Assembly (NCBI RefSeq): GCF_036321535.1
Contig: NC_087436.1
Span: forward strand, 19,780,001-19,844,000
Direction of reading: 5' to 3'
Length of the DNA stretch: 64,000 nt
DNA from: Camelus dromedarius
Lineage: Eukaryota
Position 1 is the first letter of the stretch. Each line of letters starts with the position of its first letter. Positions 38,001 to 50,425 of this stretch are shown here, one piece after another. The notes below the pieces were generated by a model that saw only the letters and a program-made list of their open reading frames with translations, had not been told where the DNA came from and ran no database searches. The position numbers and the translations under genes were made by a program.

Positions 38001-39599
38001 TCCAATTATTCATTTTTCTAGCCCCATTTTAAGATGCATTTCTCCCTCCTTCTCCTTGCCACTTGGCAAAATTCCTAAAATAGGAATTTATCATAAAATC
38101 AAATGTGTATTAAACGTAATGGGCTTGTTTTCTCTTGACAAGGTATTAGACTGATGGTGCCCCTTGCATGTGATGGCATCGCAGAACTGGAGGCTACAGA
38201 ACATCAGTGAAGGCAACTGGGCTGACTGGTTCCACCGCGTACTATTATTAACCCACATATTCCCAAGTTAAAGGGTCCCAAAACATGCATCTAGGCAGAG
38301 ACATCTAGAGTTTATGGAATATATATAAAACAATATGTTAACCACAAAGCCCACTTGTCACCAAAAAGTCTACATAGTTTGTCCCATCTTAAACAGAGTT
38401 AACACACTTAGGTGTTACCACCGCCATCCCATCCTTAATTAGATAATAAATTGTCTAAAGCCCTTTTTCTAAATTTTGAGAAATTTTAACTTTCTACCAA
38501 CTCTAGCCAATAAAAAAAAAAAAACAGTAAAATGAAGATTTTCTAACTTTGACCATCATAGGAATTTGGCTTAGAAACTTGTGGCTTTCTCCATAGAGAG
38601 ACAAGGGTCTGATTTAGGAAATGAGTGCCACTCCCTGATGAATACAAAAGCCACAGCCGCTCGCATCCCCTTCCTCATCCAGCCCACCTCCCTCTCTCCC
38701 ACTGCAGGAAGGAGTCAAAGAGCCTGCTTTAGTCTAAGGGATCCAGGAATTGGACACAGAGCGGACTGTCAGAAGCACGGAGAACACCCCACAGAGGACC
38801 ATTCTTAAGGGGAACCACATGCATCTGGTATCTGTTTGCCATCCCTGTGGTGACTGGCTTTTATGAGTTCTAATTTCTGATAGGAGCAAACAGAACTATG
38901 AATGCATCCAGGGACTCCACCTGGTGAGGACTTTTTGTGACTGCTGCCTTTCTGTTCGTCTGCTTGTTGTGCTTCTTAATTTCTCAAACTGTCTAAAAAT
39001 GTGTAGGGAGAGAACATAATTAAAAGTCAAAACAAAATGAGCGAAAAATAAACATTCATACAGTATTGGTGGAATCGTGCAAATTCCTTTGCTCATTTCT
39101 GTGTGAGCCTGAGTTTGATGTTTACTCACATAACCAAAAGGCTTTTAATGATTGTAACAGAAATATGTTTGCTGCCCTGCTGGACTGGGATAATCATATG
39201 TAGAGATGGCGCTTCTTTGTTTGCTTGCTCTCTGTCCAAAACCGGCGGACCTGAAACAGAAGTGGAGTCAGCCAGCACCAAAGTTAAGGAAAAGCTCACA
39301 TTCCACTTCACAACTCACCGAAAGGCATCATCAGACATAATACGCAGTCAAGGCTAAACACATAGGAGCACCGCTTTCTTAAGGAAGATGAAAGGAACTT
39401 TCGAAGTACTCTTCCCCCTGGAACTTTCCTCTAAAAGATGTATGATCTGGAATCACAGGAAAATGAGTGATTTAGATGATACCTTTGGAGCTCAGTAATG
39501 TTCCCACTGAGGAACAAATCACTTCCAAATCCCCAGCTAAAGGTGCCCAATGCCTGTCTAGACTTTCCTCTGCAGAATTTAGATGGATGCCACAGTTCT

Positions 39600-40525
39600 T
39601 GCTGAGATGCTCACAGAGCTGAGCAATATGCAGTAGAGACCTCAGGATGATGTGGGAAGTGATATTTCAGGGTTATGAATGGAGGCTTGACCAGGGAGAA
39701 GTCAGGAAAATCTTCAGGAGAGATGAACATTGAAAAACTCACCTTAAACAGATGTAGGAAGTCCACGTGGATGCCTTCATGATGAGCTGCAGAGAGAAGC
39801 CCCCACCTAAAGGAGGCACATTCCCCCTTTTAGAAACCCCTGCATCGGCCGCACAAAATACCCTGGAGGCCAGCTTCAGTTTGTGGGTCTTCCCATTTAT
39901 GTCCCCTACTTTAAAGGTGGCACTGGAGGCATTTTAGGGAGTGGGGACAACAGCCATATAAAAACAAAATCAATGAAGGGCAGGCATGTTCGAGGAAGGT
40001 GCAGAGGTGTGGGTAGCTGGTTGGGTGCTTCAGGAGGGACAGGAGACAAGGTGACTGTGGTTGGTGAGGATTGAGGAAGGCTTGGAAAACTACTCTATTT
40101 ATGCTGGGTTTTATCCTGCAAGTTCTGGGGAGGCAGATGATGTTTCTAAGCAGGGTGATGACATGAAAAGAGCCCCTTTTAGTAAGATAATTGGCAGCAG
40201 GGCTGTAGAGGAGAGAGGCTGGAGACAGGAGGATGGTTTGGTGACATCGGGGATGAAGAACGAGGTCAAGGCAGTGGCGATGGGGATGGCGAAGATGGGT
40301 TCCAACCGAGGGATATTTCTGAGGCAGACTAGATAAAGCTTAGATGTAGGAGTGAGAGAGAAGGAGACATTGGGAATGATCCCCAGGTTTCCAGCTTTAG
40401 TAAGTGCTTAGGTAAAAATACCAGTAATCAATGTTGAGATGCAGCAAAGGAGCAAGTTGGAAGAGTGATCATTTCTATTTGAGACATACTAAATTTTAAA
40501 TACCTGGGTTTTAAGCAGGTGGCAA
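39600..40525 (-). mobile_element. L2 LINE fragment
   Basis: 'gggttttatcctgcaag', 'tttctaagcagggtgatgacatga', 'gaatgatccccaggtttccagctt'. Confidence 0.6.
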
Positions 40526-40529
40526 TATA

Positions 40530-43500
40530 TTTTTTCCCCCTTTTATTTAAAAACGTTGAAACATCCCAGTCAGAAAAGCTGTAAGTAGAGTACAGAGAGG
40601 GGGGAGCCCTTTTACTCCTTTTATTCTACTATATCTAAGTAAGTCGCTGACCTGATGCCCCATCTCTTTATGTAAAGAATACGTAATTCTTTAGTACATT
40701 ATTTCCTATGAACAGGGACATTCTCCCACATAAACAGAAGATAGCAACAAAATTAGGAAATTAACTTGCAACATTACTAGCATCTAATCCTCCACCCTCA
40801 GTCAAGGATTGCCAAATGTCCCACCAATCTTTTTTAGCAAAAGAATCCTGTCCAGAATCTTGGGCTATATTCGGTTGTTAGCTTCCTTCAGCCTGGAACA
40901 GTGTTTCATTCTTTCCTGGCCTTTCCTGTCCTTGACTCTTTTAAAGATTACAAGTTAGTTATTTTGTTTTATGTCCCACAATTTGAGTTTGTCTATGTTT
41001 CCTTATGATCAGATTCAGGTTATGCATTTTTGGCAGGAAAATCAATGAGCAATGCTACCTTCTCCTCATTGCATTTTATTGGGCGGTACATGATTTCAGT
41101 TTATCCCATTACTGATGATGTTTGCTTTGATCGCTTGATTAAAATGATATCTGCCAGTTTTCTTTACTTTATAGTTACTCTTTTCCCTCATGTAATGAAT
41201 AAGTACATTTGCCATGTCGTGCATTCATTCATATCAGAATGGATTTGTGATTTCTTTATTTAGTTAGTTATAATCCATTACTATCATTATTTATGGATGT
41301 GCTTAAATGGTCCCAGATTTGGCCAGTGGGAGTCCCTTCAGGCTAGTTTCTGTGTCTTTTTGACACAGATCTATCATTCTTGAAACACTTCCTTGCTTTC
41401 TGGCATAAATAAGATATTCCAGACTCCTCCTGTGTTTTCCCTACCAGCCCTGAATCAGTCATTTCTCTAAGGACCCTTGGTTTCTTTTAGTGGAGAATCG
41501 TATTTAGAAGCTGCATTCTGGGAGTTAGCTGTGCTCATATTATTGAAGTGTTCCCAGTCCTCTCACTGTATAGAGCTGGGGAATATATTTGGGCATCTAC
41601 ATCTATACACATACAGGCGTGTGTAGATTTTCACACACCTTTGTATCTTTACTTTTTTAAAATCTATCTACATTTATTGGTACATACTGATACTGCCAAT
41701 TCAATCCAATGTTATATAAATGGAATTGTACAGTATGTAACTTTGGGACTGGTCTTTTTCAGTCACCCTAGTTCATCTAGATTTATCTAGGTTATTGTGT
41801 GCATCAATATTTTGTTCTTTTTAATTCCATGGAACAGAATAAATTCCATGGTATAGATGCACCACTGTTTGTTTAACCATTCACCCATTGAAGGACATCT
41901 GTGTTGGTTCCAGTTTGGGTCTATTACAATTAAGGCTGCTATAAACATTCATGTACAAGGTTTTGTCTGAAGATAAGTGTTCATTTCTCTGGGATTAATG
42001 CCCAGGACTACAAATGCTCACGTTGGAGCGCATGTTTCATGTTTTAAGAAACTGCTAAACAGTTTTCTATACTGTGTACCATTGCAAATTCTCTAGCAAT
42101 ACATGTGATTCGGTTTCTCTGCATCCTCAGTAGCATCTGATGCTGTCCTTATATTTTTATATTAGCCATTCTGATAGGTTCGTAGTGATATTGCAATGTG
42201 ATTAAAATTTCCCTTACCCTAATGGCTAATGATGTTGAATATCTTTTCATGTACTTACTGGTCATCTGTATATCTTCTTCAGTGAAATAGCTCTTTATAT
42301 CTTTTGCCCGTGTTCAATTGGACTGTTTGATTTTTACTATTGAGTTTTAGAGCTCTTTGTATATTCTAGGTACTAGTCTTTGGTTGCATATATGGTTTGC
42401 AAATATTTTCTCCCACTCTAGCTTATCTTTCATCCTTTTAACGGAGTTTTTTGTACCACAAAAGTTTTCATTTGGAGGAAAGTTCATTATCAGTTTTTTA
42501 CGTCTGTGGATCATATTTTTGGTGTCACATCTAAAACTCTGCCTGGGGAGAGAGTATAGCTTAGTGGCAGAGTGCGTGTTTAGCACACACAAGGTCCCAG
42601 GTTCAATCCTCAGTGCCTCCATTTAGTAATTGATTAATTAATTAATCCTAATTACCACCCCCTCAATTTTTAAAAACATTTTAAAAATTAAAACTCTGCC
42701 CAGCCCTAAATCCTGAAGCTTTTATCTTATGTTTCTTTCTAAAACTTTCATAGTTTTACATTTAACCTTTGAGTCTGTAATCTGTTTTGAGTTAATTTTC
42801 ACATAAAGTGTGAGCTGAGCGGAGATTCCGTTTTTTGCCTTGGAGGCCCAGTTGCACCATTTGTTGAAAGACCTTTACTCCTCCATTGAATTGCTTTGAC
42901 TTTTTTGCCAAAAATCAGCTGAGCATATTTTTGTGGATCTACTTCTGGGATCTCTGTTCTGTTCCTTTCACCTGTGTGCCTATCTCCCCATCACTACCAC
43001 AGTCTTTACTATTGTAGCTCTGCAGAAATTTTTGAAGTTGGGTAGACTGATTCATCCTACTTTATTCTTCTCTTTTTTTAATTACTTTAGCGATTCTACT
43101 TCCTTTGTTTTTCCATATCATTTAAAAATTAATCTCACCTGTACCTACAGAAAATCTTGCTGATTTATATATCAGTTTGGGAAAAGTTTACATCTTTACT
43201 ATGAACAAGACTTCCAATACATAAAGACAGTGTTTATTTAGGATTTTTCTCCTTTTCATCAGCACTGGGTGTCACTCATCATATAAGTACTATTAGTGTT
43301 TGTTAGATTTATGTCTAAGTCTTTTTCTTTTTCTTAAACAATTTTGCATGGTATTGTATTTTAATTTCAGTAGTATTCTTTGCCAGTGTATAGAAATATA
43401 ATTGATTTTTGTATGTCTATCTTGTATCTTACATCACATATCACTCACTGTATATTGTATCTAAATTCACTTATTCTAAGAATTTTTTTTTCCTTTGTAT

Positions 43501-45185
43501 AATCTGGAGATTTTTATGTAGACAATCATGTCATCTTCAGACAGGGATCATTTTATTTCTTCCTTTCTGATCTCTATACCTTTTATTTCCTTTTCTTACC
43601 TTATTGCACTGGCTAGAAATTCCAGCACTGTGTTGAGTAAGAGTGGTGAAAAGAGATCTCCTTGGCTTATTTCCAAATTAGAAGGAAAGCATTCAGTTTT
43701 CACTATTAAATATGTTAGCTATAGGTGGTTTTTTCTGTAGATGCTTTTTATCAAGTTGAGGACATTTCCTTCTATTCTATTTGTTTCAGAGTTTTTATCA
43801 TGAGCAAACATTGAATTTTGTCAAATACTTTTCCTGCAATTGATATGATCATCTAATTTTTCTTCTTTAGTCTTTTAATATGGTGGATTACACCGACTGA
43901 TTTTCAAATAATAAACCATGCTTGGTTGTGGTATATAATTCTTATATACCATGGGCACGTGAAAAGAATGTGTATTCTACTGTTGTTGGATGGATTGTCT
44001 ATAAATTTTCATTATAGTCTAATGTTGATAATGTTACTGAGTTCTTCTAAATCCTTGCAGATTTTCTGTCTAGTTGTTCTACCGATTGTTTGAGAGAGAG
44101 GTGTCAAGGTCTTCAATTACAATTGAGGGTTTGTCTGTTTTTCCTTTCAATTCTATCCATTTTGCTTCACATATTTTGCAACTCTGTTGTTTGGTGCATA
44201 TGCAATGAAGATTGCTATCTCTTTGTAGTGGATTGATCCTTTTATCATTGTATAATGTCCCCCTCTGTCTTTGGAAGTTTTCTTTGTGTTAAAGTCTACT
44301 TTATCTAATATAAATATAGCCATGCATGGCTTCCTTTGATTAACATTTAATTAGTATATTTATACACACACACACACACACACATATTTCTTATATCCTT
44401 TTACTTTCAACCTACCTATGTCATTATATTTGAAGTAAGCCTCTTGCAGACAGCATATAGTTGGGTCATGTTTTTAATCCACTCTGCCATCTGCTATTTT
44501 TTAATTGATATATTTAGACCATGTGCATTAATATGGCTATTGATATGTTAGGGCTTAAGTCTGCCATTTTATTTTTCATTTTCTGTTTGTTTTCTCTGTT
44601 TTTTACTTCTCTTTTGTCTTTTGTGCCTTCCTGTGAATTACTTAAACACATTTTTAGAATTCCATTTCGATTTATCAAAGTATTTAAGGTATATCTCTTT
44701 GTATAGCCTTTTAGTGATTGCTCAAAGTGCTACACTATATACACAAAAGTTACCACAGTATATTGATGTCTTCATTTTACCAGTTTTAGTGAAGTATAAA
44801 AACCTCAACTCCCTTTAGATCCTATTCACCTCCCCTGTTTATAAAATAATTGTCTTAACATTTCCTTTACATGCATTTAGAATCACATCAGAGAGTGTCA
44901 TAATCCTTGCTTCGACCATCAAACATAATTTAGAAATTCAAGAAGAGAAAGAAAGCCTTTTATATTTATCCATCTTTTTGCTTATGATGCTCTTTGTTAC
45001 CTACTGTTGTTTCAAGCTTCCTTCTGTTAGTGTTGCCTTTCTGCTTATAGAAATTCCCCATTGCCATTCTTTTAGGGTAGGTAGGCTGTGTGTTTTTTAT
45101 AGTGTTTAGGACTTTTAGCTCTATTTAGCAGGAGGAATAGGGAAAAATTGCCTCTGGTCTACTCCGTGTTCCTAGAAGCAGGGGG
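40530..45185 (-). mobile_element. Long degraded L1MC/MD composite (3'UTR, ORF2 and 5' remnants)
   Basis: Continuous T-rich antisense L1 ('ttgtttaaccattcacccattgaaggacatct', 'ttgcaaatattttctccca', 'gacagcatatagttgggtc'); many stops. Confidence 0.85.
42544..42688 (+). mobile_element. Vic-1 type SINE nested in L1
   Basis: tRNA head 'tatagcttagtggcagag...ggttcaatcc'; 12-bp TSD taaaactctgcc at 42532-42543 and 42689-42700. Confidence 0.9.
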
Positions 45186-45479
45186 CTTAGGATATACACG
45201 TTAAGCGCTCTAAAGTCGGGGGCTGTCTTTCTGATGTTATTAGTCAGGATGCAGTCACAGCATAGTTGTTTCACTCTCCGTATGTGCACATGTGATCACA
45301 GTTCTTTATACTGTATCATTTTAATTGAGTGGGGCGTCTTGGTCTGAGCACAAGCTTAGTCTAAAGAGGAAAGGAATTCACAGAATTTCCCTCTCAAAGT
45401 TGAAGGGAAGAAGATTTCTCCTGGGCCAAAAGAGATTCCCCCAGAGCAGAGGGAAAGAAAGAAGTAGAAATTACTAAAT

Positions 45480-46350
45480 GTCTTCTGGAATACCCCCATG
45501 AAATTCACATAATCCATCCAATAATTAGAATTTGATGCATTTCATAGACTTGTATACTAACAGTTAAAGATAAGCTTGCTAGAAAGTATGGTAATATGAT
45601 TGCTATTTTTGGTGTCATAACTGGACAATGACATCTCCTTGACATCTCAGTCAACAAATCATTTAAAGACCATTTGAGGAAGAAATATGAACCCTTAAGA
45701 GTTGTCAAAAACCTTCCATTGATACTTTCTTGTAAGATCAATAAAATGTCAGCATCAAAACTTGGTTGTCACTGTCTTGGAAAAAAATACAGAGACAATA
45801 GCGGCATGCTGTCAAAAACTGCTGTATCACTGATGCTGTGGATAATGGAGAGGACAACTTTGTGTGGAAAACCATAGGTGTCAAAGACTCTGCTTTGAAA
45901 AGTGATTCAGAAAATTGAGATACTTCTTGTGGTCAAGTTCCTTTATTTATATATGCACAAGAGTAATATGTAGTAAAAATTATGCCTAAGTCTAAAAGGG
46001 CTCTTTCAATAAATATAAAGTAAAAATTCTAAGTGATAAGAAATCACTGTTCTATTGTTTAATTTTTTTCCTTCCAGTTTCATTGAGATATAATCAACAT
46101 GCCTCATTGTATACATTTTGTGTTTGTTTTGCGGGCAAGGGGGGTTAATTAGGGGGGTTAACTTTTAAAATTTATTTATTTATTTTAACAGAAGTCCAGG
46201 GGCTTGAACCCAGGACTTAAGCTTGTTAGTTACGCACTCTTACCACTGAACTATACCCCCCACACACTTTGCTGTTGTTTAATTGCATTGTTACCTTCCC
46301 TAGTAGTACATATGATAATGATGTATTTTACAATGAATAATCTCTTTTTT
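45480..46350 (+). mobile_element. pogo/Tigger (Tigger6-like) transposon remnant with decayed DDE transposase C-terminal half
   Basis: Frame-broken translation FDAFH ... IFGVITGQ*HLLDISVNKSFKDHLRKKYE ... KNCCITDAVDNGEDNFVWK matches pogo-family motifs. Confidence 0.75.
46121..46262 (-). mobile_element. Vic-1 type SINE adjoining a ~55-bp L1 tail (46065-46120)
   Basis: 'gggcttgaacccaggac...taccactgaactatacccc'; L1 tail 'ccagtttcattgagatataatcaacat'. Confidence 0.8.
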
Positions 46351-46364
46351 CAGTAGCGTAGTAA

Positions 46365-46700
46365 GAAATAGAGAAAGTGGCGTTAGTGAAGAAGACTGAG
46401 AAAAGGGCCTTGCAGGGAATAGAATGATGACTAGAGCCGGAGAATAGAGCAGTGGCGTTTCAGAGCTGGGGTGATTCTTGACTAGAAAAAAGTCAAGGGT
46501 TAACCTTGGTAAAGGTTTAGGGAGCTAGAGACCGAGGTCACAGGCCTACAAAAGATCAAGCGGCTAGGGTAGTGTGTTTAATGGAGCCTCACTAGACACT
46601 GATGTAACCCAGGCTGAGGGCAGGAATTGGGATGGAGACCAAAATAGCACATAGCAATTCCAATTGCTCTACAAATGCAGGAGAATCACTTGGAGGTTGA
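46365..46700 (-). mobile_element. L2 fragment
   Basis: Purine-rich degraded L2-like sequence. Confidence 0.35.
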
Positions 46701-48408
46701 AAGATTGCAGCAAGCTATATGGGAAGAAGAGGCAAAGTTGTTGAAAATTTATTTATGCATCTTCACCTTCTTAAGAGAACGTTTTAAAACTGTCGGTGTT
46801 ATGATAGACTAAGTGCATGCAATGAGAAAAACTTAGTCTAGCTTTCTGACAGTCATTCATTTTGATACCAAATGAGATTTCTATAGGATACACTTTCGAC
46901 AGGGGATCGTGGGTTAAACTGAATAGACTTATCCAAATATCTGAGTTTGGATATTTCAGAATTCCATGTAATTCATGTCTTGAACTGAATTTACACAAAA
47001 ATTTCTAAGTGTAGAATTCAACAAATAGCCCAATACCTGAATGTAATCTATGGCCATTAGAAATGCCCAGTTGGAAGAAGACGTATTTGCATATTGCACA
47101 ATAATGCCAAATACTGGCTTCCTGACTTGATGGTTGATATTTAGAGCCATAGGAAAAAAGATAAATATAGCATTTGAGAGCCTAAGGCCATTCTATACTT
47201 ACTTACTATTCCCTTGCCACCTTGCAAAACTAAACCATTGGGGGCTGGTAAGGAGGTAACAAGCTAGTTGGGCATGTCATAAAGTAACTTCAAGCAGCAA
47301 AGCCAATTAAATCAACCTAACTTCAGAAATGATCTCTTGGCTCTGAATTCAATAAACAGAGAGATGGTAGAGGGTTACTCCTTCGCTCGTGGTAAGCCAG
47401 AGGTAGAGATGTGGTCTTGATTGCTCCAGAAAGCATATAAGAAAGTGTGCTTGTGTGAAGGTATTCGTAATAAATTGTGAGGGCACAGTCATGAGAGTAG
47501 AGACAAGTTAAATTACAGCATGATAACCAAAGCAATAGTTTTAGAAAATCTATCATTTAAGAGAATAATCACAACCACTCAAAAAATACTAAGAGCTGAA
47601 GCAGTGGGGCTTAATAGCTGTTGACCCTAAACCCTCCTCTTCCTGGGACAGTACTGGCAGTGGGACAGACTCCAAGGCAGATGACCTTTGGAAGAATCTA
47701 ACCATTGTATGCCCTTAGCATCAAGGGAAAGATGGTCCAAAGAGAGATTTTTGCCTCTCCAGGAAGAACGTTGCACAAGAAATAAAAGTTGAAAATGACA
47801 CACTATGTGGTAAATGAGTATTAAAGAAGAACCATTAGTGCCACATATTTTAACCATTACAGGAATAGTCTTAGGGTAGGGAAGTTTTTTTTCCCTGTAA
47901 GGGTAATAAAGGATCCACTAAAAAAAATCATTACTGGCTGCATGGAAATGAAAACACTCTCACTATTAATTTCTTTCTTTCTTTTTTTCTTTCTTTTTTT
48001 TTTTTTTTTTTTGAGAGAGAAGGGAAGAGAAAGCATTCAATTTCCAAGCTTTTAAAGTAATACTGAATTCAATAAATACAAGTAATAAGACTAATGTCTT
48101 TAAAATTGCCTCTATTATGGTCAGTGGAAGGGGGAAAAAAGTGGGGACACGAGAAAGATGAAGAAATGAAAGAAAATAGAAAAACTAATTTGATTGTATT
48201 CAGTCATGGCTTTTCCTCCCAGGCTCTGCTCCCCTGCCCTGCCCCATGTGAATACCTGGGAGTTCTCCCTCCTCTGTTTATCCACAAACAGCCCCAGTCC
48301 CTTCCCTGGCCACCCACCACCCTCCTTGTGCTGTTAATAAAACAAAGCCATTCCAAACCGTTTTGGGGGGCCCTCAGCTCTCAGTGTCACCGAAGTTTCA
48401 GCAAGCAA

Positions 48409-48458
48409 CACTATTTTTAACTTTCCTGTGAAGTTCAAAGTAGTTAGATTTAAAGGGG
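48409..48458 (+). repeat. 50-bp dispersed direct repeat, copy 1
   Basis: cactatttttaactttcctgtgaagttcaaagtagttagatttaaagggg; 48/50 identical to 49208-49257. Confidence 0.95.
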
Positions 48459-48649
48459 CTCCAATTTACCCTCCCCAACCCAGTATGTTTTCATCTCTTT
48501 TTTTCTTCCCTCCTAGCTCAGGAAAGATGGAACTCCTTACCATGTTGCAGCCTCACCTGTCCTCTTTTGTCCTGAAGAGCTCCTCTGTGGCTCTGTCCTG
48601 GCAACCAGCACCTTTCCCTCTAACTGTTCACAGTATGTACCACAAGCAA

Positions 48650-48860
48650 CGATAAGAAATAACATCGTAGGGTATTTTCAGTATACAAAGTGTTCTTGCG
48701 TACATCATTTCCTTTAAATCCTCACAATCTAAAAGATAGGTATTATGGTTTTCTCAGTGGTTTTTTCAGATCTCTGAGAGGTGAGGAGACTCGCCCATGC
48801 TCCCATAAGAGATAAGAGGCAGAGTGAGGATGCAGAGGCAAGCCTTCCACTTTCAGGCCC
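48650..48860 (-). mobile_element. MIR, degraded
   Basis: 'catttcctttaaatcctcacaat...ctgagagaggtgaggagactcgccca'. Confidence 0.5.
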
Positions 48861-49123
48861 ATTATGCTCACCAGTTGTCTCTTCTTGGAAATTTCTGTTA
48901 GTAGGGCTACCCAGCTGGTGAGGGCACCCACACTTTCCCAGCCTGGCTGGAGGAGTGCCCAGCTGGTAAATCCCTGTGGCCCTCCTAGGGGCCCTGCAGG
49001 GCAGAGGAGTTGAGAGCTCCCAGTCAATCTCCTGCCAAGGCTGGTTTTACCCATCAGCTCCATGATGCTTTAAAAACATAACCGTTTTCCGTGCTCCATG
49101 ACTTGAGCAAGGCTGGGAAGCAC

Positions 49124-49212
49124 TAGGGTGACCAACCATCTTGGTTTTCCTGGGCTCCTGCTTTTAGCACTGAAAGTTCGACACTTGGGCATTCAGGGAC
49201 GATGGGTCACTA
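49124..49212. mobile_element. MER81-like hAT-Blackjack MITE
   Basis: Left TIR tagggtgaccaaccatc, internal 'ttttagcactgaaagt', right TIR remnant gacgatgggtcac. Confidence 0.65.
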
Positions 49213-49257
49213 TTTTTAACTTTCCTGTGAAGTTCAAAATGGTTAGATTTAAAGGGG
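49208..49257 (+). repeat. 50-bp dispersed direct repeat, copy 2
   Basis: cactatttttaactttcctgtgaagttcaaaatggttagatttaaagggg. Confidence 0.95.
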
Positions 49258-49789
49258 TCACTCTAACCAGCTCTGTGCCCCTCCTGGGGTGTTTCTCATA
49301 CACTGACTTTTATTACTGTGTTTCAGATTCACTCAATAACATTGACTGAGCCCCTGCTGAAGTCCAGAGCACCACACCAGGCCTGGCACACAAAGCTGAA
49401 CATCCTGCGTCTCTGCTCTGGTGGGCTTGCACTCAAGGGGGAAGGATGGTATGTATACAAATGAGCACACAAAGTGAAGTGTGGTTTCAACAACCAAAAC
49501 CAAACCCCAAAACCCCTGAGTATTATAACAGCCACAGGAAAGGAGAATTTCAGAAAGGGGAGGGCAACCAGGGCAACCAGGGCAAGAATCAAATGCTAAG
49601 AGAACATAGAGGAGGACAAGGCCTGAGAGGAGCCTGCTGGATTTGGTGACTAGAACTGTTGAGAAGGTCATTCAGTGAGCACAACAAAGGCAGAAATTAG
49701 CAGGTAGTGAGGACAACAGCCAGAGCCATCCTCTAAAACTGAAGCCAGAAGTCTTCCACTTTTGATCCCGAAGGGGTCACTGGTACCAG

Positions 49790-49971
49790 CGAATTTATCT
49801 TTTTTGTTGATGACTTCTTTGTTTTGCCTTTAAAGACTTCTCCCTTTCTGTGGCCCTTTGGACCTCTTCTCTACTTGCTAGATGGTATGCTGCCCAAGCC
49901 ATGATTTGTTAAAAAATAAATTAATTAATAAAGCTTTAAATTTACTCGGTTGAATTTTATTTTTTTTTAAC
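49790..49971 (+). mobile_element. ERV1 LTR 3' part (MER34-like)
   Basis: 'cttgctagatggtatgctgccc...aataaagctttaaatttactcggttgaattttatttttttt(t)aaca'. Confidence 0.55.
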
Positions 49972-49974
49972 ACA

Positions 49975-50425
49975 CCCACATTTAGTGGCTTTAAACCACA
50001 GCAATGTATTATTTCTCACACTTCCACAATTTGGGTTGGGGAACCTCCCAAGTGGTTTCTTCATGGACATGTCTGGAGCCAGAGCTGGGATGACTGGAAG
50101 AGCTGGGCACTGACGGGGCCTCTCTGCCTCCACGTGCGCTTTCACAGGGCTAGCCTGAGCTTCCCCACAGCACGGCTGTCTCCGAGTGACCAGACTCCTT
50201 GTTGTTCCTCAAAGGGAGGAAGTAGATGCTGCCAGTTGTCTTAAGGCCTGAGTTTAGAAGTCACAAATATCACTTCTGCCACACTCCATTGACCAAAACA
50301 AGTGTCAATGCCAACTTAGATTCTAGGGGAGGAGAAATAAATTATATTTCTGAATGTGTAGGGAGGCCTGAATGTGCAGGGTGAAGAAACTTATTAGGAG
50401 CCATTTTTGGAGGCTAGCTATCACG
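49975..50425 (-). mobile_element. MaLR LTR (MLT1G/H-like)
   Basis: 'ttagtggctttaaacc', 'gggctagcctgagcttccccacagca', 'tcacttctgccacactccattgacc'. Confidence 0.75.
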
